DNA of 64,000 nt from contig CP075493.1 in assembly GCA_021613535.1 (NCBI GenBank), forward strand, positions 6,820,001 to 6,884,000, written 5' to 3'. The notes under the pieces were generated by a model that saw nothing but the letters and a program-made list of their open reading frames with translations, was not told where the DNA came from and did no database searches. This DNA comes from Adineta vaga. Its lineage: Eukaryota > Animalia > Rotifera. Numbering within the stretch: position 1 is the stretch's first letter; every line of letters begins with the position of its first letter. This document shows, one piece after another, positions 15,793-30,710 of this stretch. The translations under genes and the position numbers were made by a program.

Positions 15793-17138
15793 AATTTTTA
15801 TTTTTATTTAAAATATCATCATTCTAAAAAAACAGACGTAAAGAAATAAATTCAATCTATCAATGTACATATAAACACACACACATACAATGGACGCTCC
15901 TAACATTACTCGTTTGCAAACGCAAAGAGAAGAAGAAAAAAAAACTCAAGCGAAGAAGAGAACGAGTGTAGACTGATTCACGCGTACCCATATTGATTGT
16001 AGGCGAAAAAAAGCGAAGGAGAATATTGAGTGCGTACTCGCGTCGCTACAACACCGACATACATACATATATGTGTGCTTATGTGTATGAAGAAGAAAAA
16101 AAACGGCAAGAGAAAAAGATGAGGGTCAGCGCTAAGATGAGCGTTCTCGACGTTGTCGTCGTTTCTTTTTTTGTTCAATTGGAAAAAGTAGGTCATCTGA
16201 CTTGAACGAAGTCAAGGAGAATAAAATGATTATTTTCATCAAAAGAGAAATAAGAAATGAAAATAACTCATTCGTTGATTCTCATAGATTAAATACCATT
16301 GACTTCAATGACAAAAATTCTTATCTGTCGATGATGTAATACAGTTTGTATAGAACAAATGACGGAGACATTTACATTCAAATTGTGAGCGTAAAATGAA
16401 GACAAAAGATGATAGATATCTTTCATTCTTTCTTTTTCGATCAAATTAGTCGGTTTTAAAGAAAATTTCATTTGAATGTACAGCAATGTTAATGATCAAA
16501 AGGAATGTATCAGTTGTTAATTGCAAGGTTAGAAAATTTGATGGTAGTTGAAACAACACATATTTTGTAGAAATATGTCTCGCAATGATTATGATAGATT
16601 GATAAAAAAAACAATTTTTTTTTTCTCATTGAGTTACTGACAAATATTCTCAATTGCCTGAGAATTTCATCTTAAACAAATCTAGTAATCATATACGGAC
16701 ACCTATAAAATCAATGATTGTCTTCATATACAGAAATTGTATCTAGTTCTCATTTTTACTCGACATTCTAAACATGAGATATCTTCAAGTTATGAACACA
16801 AATGCACACTATATTTCTCACATAAAGATTAGATAAAATTTACCTTTCTATTGGTATGAACAGAAAATATTGAAAATAAATTTAATCTGAAACAGAAAAA
16901 GACATAGTGAATTGTTGTTTTATTTTCGCTAGCAGATCTTCGAATGATCGGAGAATTCAGTTGTTTGTTTTTTTTCATATAAGCTCAATCAATGAATTAT
17001 TCACAAAAGAAAAGAAAACCAAAATCCTAAAAAGAAAACCGAATGCAATTCAGAAGAATATTGATTGAATATTGTTTTCTTCTGTTTTTAATGAATCATC
17101 TGTCGACAAGACGAGAGATAAAATAAAAACAAACCGGA

Positions 17139-18904
17139 CTAATTCATCATATTTGGATGTAATTGATCGAGTTGTTGATCAAAATCATCTTCAAATTTTT
17201 TCCAATCATTTAATAAATTTTCTAATGTTTGAAACATTTTCTCAAGATTGATACTATTTGGATTATCATTTCCACCGGTTATTGTTGAATCAATTTTTTG
17301 TATTAACATTTCTAATTCACGTTCAATATTCGTCAATTTTTGCCATATCTGTTCATTTGTAGATTGTAAACGTGCACGATTCAATGCACATGAAATTAAT
17401 GTTGATGATTCACGTAATAAAGATATTAATGTTGAAAGTTTCGATTCGAATATATCTGTACAATGATCATTCGATATTGTGAGAGATGTTTTACGTTTTT
17501 TTGTTGATTTATATTCATTAAATAATTGACGTTTCACTAATGGATGTTGATCAGTTAAATAATCATGAACTAATTGTATACGTTCTTGAAATTGTAAAGA
17601 TGATGATGGGGGACTAACAGAAGTGAGTCGCGTCTTCATTTTTAATCGAATAGATGATGATTGATCGAATTCATCATTGGATTTTACCTAAAAATGTTTT
17701 CATTTATAACAAAATACAATGGAAAATATGATTATATTTACATCAGATGTAGTCAAAAGACTCATTCGAGAATTTGGATGTAATCGTGGTGAACTACGTA
17801 CAGTTGAATGAATATCTAAACCATTTGCTAATGATTTTCGATAAAATGGACTTGAAATAGGTGTTTTATAAACAGGTGATGTATGTGGTACACGATCATA
17901 TAATTTCTTTTGAAAACGTCCCATTGTTGTTCGTTCAACATAATGTGTAACTAAAGGATTTATTTCAGTTAGATTATCTAATTCATGAAAATCTTCTTCA
18001 TTCAATTGTTCCGTTATATTCGTTTGAGTTAAAATGTGATTCTGATGCTCAGTTTTATATTGTTCAAGTTTTTCTTCTAAATTTTGATTGAATTCAAGAA
18101 GATTTCGTAGAGTTAGCATATCATTTGATGATATTTTACGATAATATGTATTGATATCCGACCAAATTTTATCGATACGTGCACCAATGATCGGTGCCAT
18201 TGATACTTGTCGATCAGGTAAAATATTTGGACGATGATGTCGTGGTAAAGATTGATTCATTAATGATGGTAAAACTTTTTTCGGAACTTTTTCCGATGAA
18301 TAAACATATTCAGCTTGTTGATGTTGACGAATTTTTGAACGAAGACTATCATTATTGATGGGTTTAGTTGGATGAAGAAGATCTTTAAGAAGATCTTCAC
18401 GAACACTAGACATTGATAAAAGTGCTTCAAGTTCTTGTTGAACAAGATGAACTTCATGAGCGTATACACCTGATTGTGTATGTTTATTCGATAAGATTTG
18501 ATCGATGTTTGGAGAAATACATTCCCAATTTGGTAATGTAATTTCAATTAAATGTTCAGTAGAAAATGATTGACGACGTGAAGAAGATTTCTAGAAATAG
18601 AACAACAGTTCAAACATCAGATCATCGTTTATTTATTCATCAAAAAATTTTCACTTACACGAGATTTATGACCATTATTCTTTGTTGAAAGAATTGAATC
18701 TTGATTTATGGATAGTTTCTTTGGACTCTTTTTTAATGACGAAGATACTTTCGTATGATTTTCATGTTGTGGTGAAATATGTCGACGTTTTTTTGACTTG
18801 CTCATATAACCATTATCTTCTAGTGAACGTTTTCGTTGTTGTTTTTGATTATCATTTATATGATTTTTTTCGTGTGAATTATTGATTATAATTGAGCGTT
18901 TCAT
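17139..18904 (-). CDS. TADA3: Transcriptional adapter 3 (ADA3)-like SAGA/ATAC subunit, divergent
   Basis: Spliced segments GVYAHEVHLVQQELEALLSMSSVR and DKIWSDINTYYRKISSNDMLTLRNLL resemble the ADA3 blocks LQLELETLLS and RFWASVEPYCADIT; helical C-terminus. Start codon uncertain. Confidence 0.65.
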
Positions 18905-19186
18905 AGTTTTATTAAATTCAAACAAAACATCTAAGAGACATCAAATAAACAATGTCATTTTCTTGATTAAGTAAGATATGAGGTCATACATCATTATGTT
19001 TGCTGCTTTCTCAGTTTTTTATTGGTTAAAAAGCTACAACCAATCACCAATTATTAAAAAATATAAATTATAACAAAAAAAAAGAATTAAAAAAAAGACG
19101 CTAGATGACGCTAGAAAATCAGAAGGAGAAAACAAATTATTTTTCGATGCATATACATAAATAAAAATGCGATAAAAATGAATTCT

Positions 19187-20008
19187 TTATGATGATCCAG
19201 CATGAGATTGATTATTCGATGTAGCAGTTGCTGCCCAATACGATGGTGGTGATAGTTCATCCGGTTTTTCAATTGAATTATCATCTTTTTCCGGTTGAAT
19301 ACCGGGACCATAAGCAATCTAAATAAGTAAAGAAAAGAATGATGTTCCATGAAGTGAATTTGAAGAATTATACGAAATAACTTACGAGTTGAAGTTCAAG
19401 TTGAGCTAGTCTATCTTTTGTTTTCAATTTCATATCTTCACATGGTACACCATCATCATCAAAATTAAGAAAATATCCCGGCATATGTACGGATTCGAGA
19501 TAAATGGCTTGAGCTGAACCTAATACATCTTGTGCACGAAATTCACCTTCGCTTGGAGCTTTTTCATTTATTGTCGATGGAATGATAACAATTTTACCGT
19601 TTTTAATCGCTAGATAATTGTAATTATTATGAAAATAATAATGACTATTAGGTGTACAAACAACAAGCCAATGAGCATTGGGATAGAATGAACCAGTACC
19701 ACCTATTGCATCACAAATCAATTCATTTGTTGTTTTAGAAACTACAATTTGAATCGTACGACTCGATGAACGAGAGAGAATTTGAATAACATTACCAGGT
19801 TTTAAATAGGCACTAAATATATATTTAAATGTGACTTCTTTTTCTTTCGTAATTATATGATTGATTTTTACCGTGGATCTTTGCCTTTGACTAATGAATT
19901 GACAGTATTTGCTGCAGTTGTTAAGTAATCGCGACCACCTTCAACTTTCGATGCAAGATCGTAAGCTTTCTCTACAGCTTTTTTACCGAGACTTCCGAAA
20001 AAACTCAT
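19187..20008 (-). CDS. Uncharacterised beta-trefoil-like (fascin/FGF-like) protein with C-terminal PPxY
   Basis: Three exons; YYFHNNYNYLAIKNG and IYLESVHMPGYFLNFDDDG are trefoil-like strands; ends ...LSPPSYWAAT...GSS*. Confidence 0.55.
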
Positions 20009-20697
20009 TGAACTTATGTAAAAATATTTAACCCAAAAAAAAAGATCGGGAGAGAAAGAATGAAGCAAGTTATTGCTAACAAAAATGACTCACAAGTCAA
20101 GTCTGTCTAATCTCACCTTGACATCGTATTTCAACCAATCAGCTATGATCAAGCATTCTATCTATACTCTTCTCCTGCCATCTTCAATTTTCAACGATAT
20201 TTTGAACAATTTCTCATGAAAAGAAATCATATTTGTTTTATTTGACTTATTACAAGTTAGAGAAATACATAACCGGAGAATATAAAAAGAAGAAAAAAGA
20301 ATATTAATGGACTTTTGTTTCTGTTTCTTATAGAACACACACACACACATATACGCACGTAAGAGAAATACTAAGTATTCCAGAACAATGGAATGTTTAT
20401 AAATGAGAAAAAAGAATCACTCTTTCGTATAAGAAATCCCATCTGAACGACTAGGTATAAACTTTGAAGATGATATTTATCTATTTCGTTCAAATTGTAT
20501 AGATGTATATGCATATATATAGAGAGAGAGAGCGAGAAAAAGAGATAAGCAGCAGTGCAGTGCAGAAGAGCTCGAAGATTAGCAACAATAACGTATGAGA
20601 AAAAAACATTCTCTTAAATAAAAAAAAAGAAATTGAAATTGTACAATAGAAAAGAGAGAACAAATGAAAATATGGAATGTACGAAGTATTTTATGTT

Positions 20698-23600
20698 TTA
20701 ATGTTTTTCTAAAATCGTTGGATTATTGAGAAGAATTTGAAGTAATAATGAATCGATATATTCATGTAGACGATGATTGATTTTTAAGAGCTAGAAAAGA
20801 AGAAAAAAAACAACGATTATTAAAAATTTGTTAGAAATAAAAAGAAAAAAACAACATCAAATAATGATAAAAGCATGCAAACAAAAGTGCGATACTACAT
20901 ATGTACATCCCTGGAAAGATAAGGTACACTAGATAATATCAAAGAAGCACAAAAAGAAGAAGATGCGTACGAAAAAATGGCTAGGACTAAAGCGGAACAT
21001 AGAGATATGAAGCTAAAACAAATGAGTAATTTGACGTTACAGGCGACAATACTTGTCATTTGATTTAGTATTGGTATTCGATGTTGATGGAATAGGTTTT
21101 GTTGATTCAACGGGAATAGATTTATTCTCAATATCATTCGATGATGATGATGATGTGACTAACGATTGTTTTCGATGATCAGTTGTTGAAGATGATGGCA
21201 TACCGAAAGAAGCAAGAGGTACACCACCATTCATCGTAATTTCCAGTAATTGAGGATTATTGTCGATGATTACACTTAACATTCGTTCGATATATTCACG
21301 TAAACGATTATTAACCATATGCTGTTCTCTCATTTTGCTCATCAACTGCAAATACGATTTATATTTGTTTTATAGGAAAAAGAAAGAAAGAAAGAAAGAA
21401 AAGTTTGATATTGTCAAACAACAAGCATCATGCATTCTTTTTTGTTTCTCTTATAAAAATGATTGAAAGATATGATCTTTTGTTCTTACTTCATCTTTTG
21501 AAAGAAATTCAAGTTCTTCATCCCATGGCAATGATCCGTGTTCAGTAAGTATTCCTCGACCTTCTTTGATACCACTAAATCAAAAATAAAGATTTTAAAT
21601 CGAATGACTTCACTTTTCGAGTAACATACGATATAACAGCATCTTCTTTGATTCTTTCATTTTCACGTTTGAGTGCTTCATTTTCCTAAAGAATACCAAT
21701 TGTTTTCTTTCTCGTTGTCATATCTTTCTGTAACATACTTGTTTTAACGCTCGAACTTGTGCATCCAGATCTTGTATACGTATTTCTGAACTTTTGATGA
21801 TACTTTCTGTCCGATTTAATGTATGACCAAACATACTTCGTGATGAATCAAATGATAATTGTTCGGCAAGCTATAAAATAAAAATACAAACAGCATTGAG
21901 TATAATAAATTTGAAAGGAAATAATTTATTTTACTTGTGCATTCGTTAGTTTTTCGGCTTCAAGTTCTTCACGTTGAAGACGTAACTGTTCTAATAGTTG
22001 TTCATTATCATCGGCCAGATCATTACATCGAAGTTGACTTTCTTGTAATTGAACATCAACATTGTCAAGTTTCTGAAATAAGATAAATACTACAGCTATA
22101 TCATAAACAGTAAAGAACGATTGTTTCAGATAGGAAATAGTCCTTTCATGCTTTATAAGTTCATCTAATCTTCGTTTTCAAAGATTTAATTGAAAACAAA
22201 AAATGAATCTCGAATATTTATAATCACCTTTTGTAATTCTTTGACATCTTTTTTCATTTGTCCATTAGTTGTATGTGTTTGTTTCAATTCACTTTCAATT
22301 GCGTTAATTCTAAATTATAAAAGAAATATTACTATTCATTCTGCTTTTAAATTTAAACACCAAAGCTATGTTTCTAACATATATATTCAGAAAGGAGAAG
22401 AAAACTATAAGTAAGACAAAGAAGACATGCATACAAAAGGAAAAGAAAGTATTAGGATATTAATGATTCACATATAGAATCAACAGACCTCATGATACTA
22501 GAATAGTCAATTGAATAATTTGAAAAAAGAAAGATTGAATTTAATAAAATATTTACCTTGATTGAAGAATTTCTTTTTCTTGTAGAAAACTTCGATCTTT
22601 TTGAGTCTAAATAAATGAAGAAGAAAAAAAAACGATTGAATTCATTTTATTTAATTAAAATTTGATTGTTATCTACAATATATTCTGTATATTTTTGATG
22701 TTCACTTTCAGTTGAACGGACTTGTTGGCCTTCAAGATCGTGAAAACGATCTTCAAGTGCTAAAAGTCTAGAATAGAATCAATATATATATATTATTTCC
22801 TTACAAAAAGTTATTCATCATGCCTGATTTTCAAATCTGAATTTTCACTTTGAATTTTTGCTAAACGATCAGTTGTTGCAACTTTTTGTTCTGTTAAAAT
22901 TTCAACAGTTTTTTGTAATTCTTCTACCTGTTACAAACAAAAGTGATTTTTTTCTTATGTATTTCAAAGAAAAATTTCTACGAACTGTTTCTTGTATTAA
23001 TTGATCATTTTCATCTGACAGATTTCTCGGTTGTAAGAAACAATTTCGTTTCGACACGTGGCTAAAAAAGTCGATTTTGTTTATGTCAAAAATGATCATG
23101 CAAATTAAACATACGAAAGATGTTGCGGTGTAGTACCACGTAGATGTGATATATCGGATGAATAAGTTAACGAATCTGGTTCAGCCACACCACTGAATTC
23201 TTCTTCGTCACCGAAACTAAAGAAAATAAATAAAATTTTGATTATTTAACAAAATGAAAGTCATAGTGAAATGATAGTTTTAGATGTCCACACTATTCTC
23301 TATACATACGGTATACTTCTGAGAAACATCATTGTTTTCTTCTCATTGAATATGTGAAGTTGTCTGACCTTCACAAATCGTCTTCATGACCTACCAGCTA
23401 ATCTTTTGTATTTTGTTTTGCCTCTTAACTTCGTATACTTTCATTTAACAAAAACGAGTTGTTAAATAGAAAAGAGCAATATGAGAAGACAGATTTTCAT
23501 TTGACACTTCATTGATCTATCGATTATCGTACTGTTCTTTTCATGTCTATACGATTTAGAATTGAGGAGTCAGATCAATAAAATGCGATGATTCATCCTG

Positions 23601-24592
23601 TACTCAAAAATCACCTCTAAATAGACGACTATCGATATAGACTTACGCAGATGAATCCAAGATTGGTGAACTTGATTGAATTTTAAAATGACTGTTCTGA
23701 TTATTATCAATAGTTTTATTCTTATGACTGGTTGTCTTGCTTTTCGTTCGTGTTTTACTATTATTATGTTGATTGGATGTTTCGTCACTTTCAACGTCGT
23801 ATTCGTTAAAAGTTGTTGTACTTCCGTCTTGATTCTAAAGAAAAAAATATCAAATACGTATAAAAAAAAGTATTTACATATAGAATAAGAAAGAAAAGTC
23901 CCAAGAACGGTAATTATACATCACGCGGTTTAGTTAGGTAGATTATTATCAAAAATCAATTTAACTTACCAAACTTCGTTGATCGGAATCTTCTGCTAAT
24001 GAATTTTCTCGACTAAGTCGTGATAAATCGGATGCCACGTCTTTTAATGAAACACCTTGTAATGAACTTATCTGCGTAATTCCTTGACAAAATTGATCAA
24101 AATTGATCAAACCTTTGTTGTTCGGATCTAATGCTTTAGTAATACGTGCAAGTTGCTAAAAAAAATAGAATAAATATAGGTGATGAATGTGATATTATGT
24201 TGACAGAATCGAGTAAAAAAAACGACGAAGAAGAAGGAAAGTAGAGGAAGAATCGTAACCTTTGTGCGTCGATTCACATATACATCAATATGAGGCGACA
24301 CACGTACACACCTGACTCGCAAAAAAAGAAATCTATCATCTAGTTATATTCTGATTTTTATCATGGCAGAGATTTTTTTCCTTTCAGAATTTGAAAAGAA
24401 TCATTAGAATTCAGATTTCTTTCTTCTTTTCTGAACAGTTGTTAAAGCTTGAAAGAACAAACAAGAAAAAACACTTACTTCTGCATCAGAATAATAATTA
24501 TTCGCAACATCAATAAAACGACGTAATTGAACTTGACCCTCATCATTTTCATCAAGAATTGAAAAAACTTCTTTTAAATCGAACTCCATCAT
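20698..24592 (-). CDS. RAB11FIP4: Rab11 family-interacting protein class II (FIP3/4, nuf-like) with two alternative 3' exons
   Basis: N-terminal EF-hands (FSILDENDEGQV; DPNNKGLINFDQF), long coiled coil, FIP-RBD NNRLREYIERMLSVIIDNNPQLLE (exon 21345-21037) and a second RBD exon at 20790-20698. FIP3 vs FIP4 cannot be resolved. Confidence 0.85.
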
Positions 24593-27104
24593 TTTGGAAA
24601 AAATTTAATCCACATAAAATCTTATCGAAAAATGTTATATACTTAGTAACGATCGATTCATTTTATCTAAAATAACACATAGAAGAATCTTCATCCACTA
24701 AATATATATGTATATATACAAACGTTCACACAACTATTTATCTACCATTATTGCCTTGTTCTATAGACAAAAGGACGAACAATCTTCACCTCCCTCTCTT
24801 TCCCGCTTGCTCGCTCGTTTTTCAACAGACCAATTAAATGAAAGGCGATAGAAAAAACGTTTGACTTCCTCTTTTGACAAGTCGAGAACAGTTCAATGTA
24901 CAGAAAAGAAAATTTGCTACTGATTTATACCTACACAGGAGACGAGAAGAAGAAGAAGAAAAAAAAATAAAATAAACATTACTTGTGTAAAGTTCATATG
25001 TAAAGAGACAATAATTGACAATCAAAAGAGAGAGAAAACGTAGTAATCACAAAATATCGAGAAGGAAGATTCAATTGTGATAAGAATTACTCAGTATGGT
25101 CTGAAGAATGAGTTCATGTCTGGCAATCATTAACTTCAAATATATATCGATCGATTGATTGTTACATCACATCATTTTGATGAAAGATGCAAACAAGCTG
25201 TTCGAGAAACGTATACAAGGAGAAAATGAGTTAGAAAGGATTGGTATACTAAGATTATGAGTTGTCTCGTTCATTCATTTATTCTAAGAATGATGAATGA
25301 TAGAAAGTGCTAAATATATGCATCTGTCATTCCGACAATAACTAGCAAACAATTCTTCGTATATCTAATATGATCGAGAAAAAGATTTATGCTTATTACA
25401 TTCTCGTTCTGTTTACTTGCATGACGATTGAAACGGAGGAGAGATTGTCAGTAATTATATTTGAAAAGAAAACGAAGAAAAAAAAAGGTAAAGTCATATA
25501 CAAAGACAAATGATTCTGTACTCTATTCAATCGCCTGCTAAAAATATATACGTACTTCCTTACTATTGAAATATAAATTAATAAAATGATCGAGAAAACG
25601 AGAAATATATGGTAGAAGTACGATGACACATGATGGTGTAAACGAATACAAAAATCACGTCTTTTACCGAAGAATGACAGATGAAATGAATCATACATCA
25701 TTTTTGGACCTATTGTTTTTTTCTTCATGTCATCGAAAAGAAAAATAGAAATCGAATACAATCATAATATGCATAGTAATAAATCAGCTAATATTAGTCA
25801 TCACATTTTCGCTCGATAAAAAAAAGTCTGAAAAAAAAAATGTATTTATTTACTTATCGATTATGGAAATAGATGATATGGTGCATAGAAAATATTTTTT
25901 TGTCTCCTCTTATTCTCCTCTTCAACTCTATAATAATAACGATCTTGAATAACAAATGAAAATTATCATGATCGTTTTATTAATACCTAACTAATACTGA
26001 TTTCCTTTTGCTCTCTTTCTAATGAGAACAAACATTCACTTGTTCGTCCTTGTTCTGCCAACAAGATATACATATCTTTCGAACAGAGGTCACTATTAAA
26101 AGTAACTGTAATCATTAATATGCAAACATTTGTGATTTAAACAAGACTATACACCTACTCAAGTAATACTTTAAAGAGTGCGATGAAGAATGAATGATTA
26201 CATAAGTCAAATGAGTTTATACAATCGATTGGAATCAATCAGAAGTTCGTTTTCAAAAAAAACAAAACTAAACAATAGAATTAAACGAGATGATCAGTAA
26301 CAACAAGAAATCAATGAACTATCAACTGTTCACCTATTGGATATGATTGTAACCAGTAAAAGAAAATATGTCATAGTTGATGATTGAGGTCACGCTTTAA
26401 CAAGAAATTTGAAAATGGTCTTTAATTGAGATCACTAATAACATAACGTATCTTTTGATTGATTGATTGATTTGTTTTTCTTTTTCTATGTTCGTGAAAA
26501 AAATGATAGAATAGAATTGAGATATCAATGTTTGGAAACCTTTCAGAAAATAAATCACTCTTAATTAATAACAAAAACGGAAACAAATGTTGTGAGTACG
26601 CGTTATGTCAGATGAATTCGTACATGATTTTAAAGAACTGATCGAAAAATACTTCACTGAATGAAAACTAACGTAAAGAAACATGCATTGACATGAATAG
26701 ATGATGATAATGGCGATGACACTTTTAAATTACTTATCCTCGTTACATTCTATTTGATGAGATAAAATGTTTAATCCATTGAATCAATATAGAGATAATT
26801 GAAAAAAAAAGACGTTCTTTCATTTATTAATTCTCCTAGAGAATCTTTTCCAGGTCAGAATGAATCCATTTTAAAAATAAATTCAAATTGTATCATTCAT
26901 TATAGTTATTTATTAAAAAAAACAAGAGGAAGCAAATGAAATAAATCCCAAAACAAAAAAGAAAGAAAAAGAGAATCGTAGCAAACATCAAGTTGATAAC
27001 AAGAAATCTTTTTATTTCTCAAGTTGCTTGTTTATGCAGCAATCTGACAAGAAGAAAAAAACTTTATTTCATATGCACAAAGATTTGTTTGGTTTTGGTT
27101 TGAT

Positions 27105-28837
27105 TCATATTGATTTACTGTATATCACTAACAATCGATTTATTGCTGGAATACGTGATAGAATACGATAGAGCATATAAGCTGTTATAGCGCACATTCC
27201 ACCAGCTAGAACATCTAATACATAATGATGTCGAGAGTAGACTGCAGAAAACCAAACACTTAATGTGAACATAACAAATGCAATATGTAACCAAAGTTTT
27301 TTACTCAATGAACCATACAGAACAGTGATTAATGGGTAAGCAGCATGTAATGATGGAATAGCAGCAAATACATTGGCATTCTTAGAATACATTGATGAGA
27401 AAATTTTTAAACCTGTTACTTGATCAAAATGTATAAAACCAGCAGGATTACCACGGGCGTTAATATCAAATTCAAATCCATACGTTTCAATGTACCATGG
27501 CGGTCTATAAAATGAAGAATTCTTTTTTTTTCTTAAAGTACGAAGAATTGAACTTACGCTGTAGGAATTATATAATAAACAACAAAACCAAGAATGTTTG
27601 TTAATAAAAATGTAAATGCAAAATCCATATAATCTCGTTTTGTTTTATATCGATATAGATATAGACTATATGCAACTGGAATTGGAATCCTATTAATAGA
27701 ATAACGATAGTCAAGATAAAAGAAAATATTATCAATCAAAATAATAAAAGAACTTAAAATTCAGATATAACGATCGAATATATGTTTTTGTTGAAATATT
27801 CTACTTTAGATAAAATATCAAAATTCTCTTTGATCAACTTTCAAAATGTGTTTTCTTTGACACAATAATTATTTCATTTTATCCGTTAAATACATCAGTA
27901 AATACACTCCAGAATCAGAATTCCATTTTTCCTATGAGCAAAGATTAATATTGACTTTTAGGTTTTTTTTTTCTAACTTTCTAATCCAATTATCGTAAAC
28001 ATCTAAATTATACCGACCAGTTGACCTCAATAGATAAATTTCAAATCTTACCAATTGAGATAACATATTCCAGTAAAAACATCCAATAATGGAATATGAT
28101 TTTGTTGAAAATATTCATTGAGTGTAATCGTATGTCCATTATAATAGATTCCAAAAAATTTCTTTTCCATCAAATAAATATCTTTGATATGAATATTTGA
28201 TATAGTATAATTTGGTACTAAATGTAATGCATCATAGAAAAGTAAATATGTTAAATAGATTAGAATTGCTAATGCGAAACGTCGTGTTCGATCTGATAAT
28301 GAACATAAGAAAAATAAAGCGAGATATATTAAAACATGTACTATTGAAATCCCAGCAATAAATATAAACCATAGAAAATAGATTGAACTTACAAAAATTA
28401 TCAATATAAGATTGTCTTTAATAAAAGACAGTTTATTATCAGTATTTATTAGTAAATCATTTGATGATGTAGGTGAGAAATGAAGAATAATAGAATTCGA
28501 ATTTGTATCATTGTTATTTTCATCATTTCGTGTTTGAAAATCAAGTTGATGATAAATCGAATTATTTGTTGTATGTTTAATAATACCATTTGATTGTAAT
28601 TCATATGATTCATTAATTAAAGGAAGTGTCGATGGATCATGGTCCGTAGTAGTTTGAAAACCAAGTTGATTCCCTGAGAATAACGAAAATAAAATAATCA
28701 TTTGTTTTTTGACATTATGATTGACCTTAGAGGATAAAAACAAAGTGTATTTGTTATCATGAAATCTTACCTAGTTGATTAAAAAATGTTGATACACGTA
28801 TAAACACTTTTGTCCATTTTCGTGTAAAATATCGCAT
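27105..28837 (-). CDS. AUR1-like / PAP2-family inositol phosphorylceramide synthase, probable bacterial origin, 4 exons
   Basis: Motifs PTAPPWY, NVFAAIPSLHAAYP and YSRHHYVLDVLAG; multiple transmembrane segments; three GT-AG introns. Confidence 0.85.
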
Positions 28838-30710
28838 GTTAAATTTCAATTCGAATACTTCATCAGAAAATTGTGGTCATTGTGGACAAAATATAACTGC
28901 AAAAGTGAAGAGAAAAAAAAAGAACTTTGTAGTTTGATATTCTAGTAAATATTGAAAAATCACTTGAAATACAAAAAGAAGAGAAGGAATGTGGGCATGT
29001 TTAAGCAAATTTAATCGTAGTAGTGAAGGTGGAAAACGAACGCACGAATGCATCAACCACTAAAATGTTGTTCTGCATGAAAAATAGTGAGTAGGCGACA
29101 TGTACGTACAGGAAAAAAACATCAGCAAGGATCGTTCATATAAGAGAATGAGATGTAATAAAATAGGTCTTGTTATTTTTTCTCGTTGTGATCGGATAAA
29201 ATTTTGTTCATTGAAGAATAATATCACTGAGTTGATAGATTTTGTTAAGTGTGTGTTGTCAACGTGGTTACCATTGATGTCGTGAGCGTTCTCTATACTC
29301 TATACATGTATTTCACTCGGTCCCGTTATTAAAAAGAAAAAATAATTCTCGAGGCGTCGTGGTTATTGGTCCTATATTTTTTTTTCTTTCATCTAACACA
29401 CTCGTCTCTTTTCTCTTCTTTTCTTTGTATTGTCGTTCTAATATTTCTTTCTTTCTTCCTTTCCTACATTTCTGTTCTCTTTCTTTCTCTGCATTTCTTT
29501 CATTTTTCTTCATTCCATAGAGACTCATTTCATCCATGTTACGAACACTCGTCATTTTAGACGCATTTTTTTTATCGAGAGCTGTAGACTGCATAAAATA
29601 TAATATTTATCGTTTTTTTTCTTTCCGTGTCTCTACTTCTCAGTCTCTGTATTGATCATATTTACTTTCAATCGATCCGACGAAAATGTAAATCATAGGT
29701 ATATCTTTAGAAAAAACAAACAAATGAAATATCATATCCTAGAAGTTTCTTTCGATGATTACATTGAACATTTACGTTCTACTAATCAACTTGACAAATA
29801 TGAATAAAATATATATTCAAACTATCATCGAAATTGCTATTGAATTGTCAAATAGACTTCTTTTGCACGATGAATACATCAATAAAGAAAATATTGACTT
29901 AAGACGATTGGAATTAAGAGGTTTACATCTTGCGTACATACAGAATATCTAACAAATACTGTTTCGAATATTTGGATATTGCACTTAAACTACGTGGATT
30001 AACTCATCAACAAGACATATTACGATGTGTATTTAATCATTTATAAATGTGAACAAAATAAAAATAACTTTTAAAATTATACAATCGAATATTGAACTAC
30101 TTAAGAGTGTTGCTATTGGTAACTTTCGAAGTGCATCACATGAAAAATGCATCATCTTGTTTTTTGCTTTGACAACAAAAAGAATGGAAACATATGCATA
30201 TTATAAGAAATGATTCAATGCAATCGTCATGAAGTAAAGAAACAATTTAAATATCGTAGGCAAGTAATGTATACCAAACATATTTGTAAGATGACTTTAT
30301 TTATTAATTACTCATCAAAATCAAATCAGTACTGATGTTTTTTTTGTAAAAAACTAATTAAACATTGAGATGTCATTTTTCGGTTTTTGTATATACGAGC
30401 AAACTTTATTTTCTTCCCTATGATATGCGTTTGTTAATGTTAATTTAGTATTGTTCGTTTGATGGTATCTTCACTATAAAAAGAAAAAGTTTGAGTTTCA
30501 TTTTATTTAATATCCATTCCATTAGAGTGCACTTTAAAAATGAAATAAAATAAAAAAAAAGAAAAGAAAAAGAGAAAAAAGTCTTTAGTTGATTATTTAA
30601 TGTATCATATGATATTGAGATAAACATGAAAGATCATTCATAGAAATATAAGTTGCTAAAGATGAAAAATAAGATCATTTATATATATATATATATATAT
30701 AGTGGAATAT

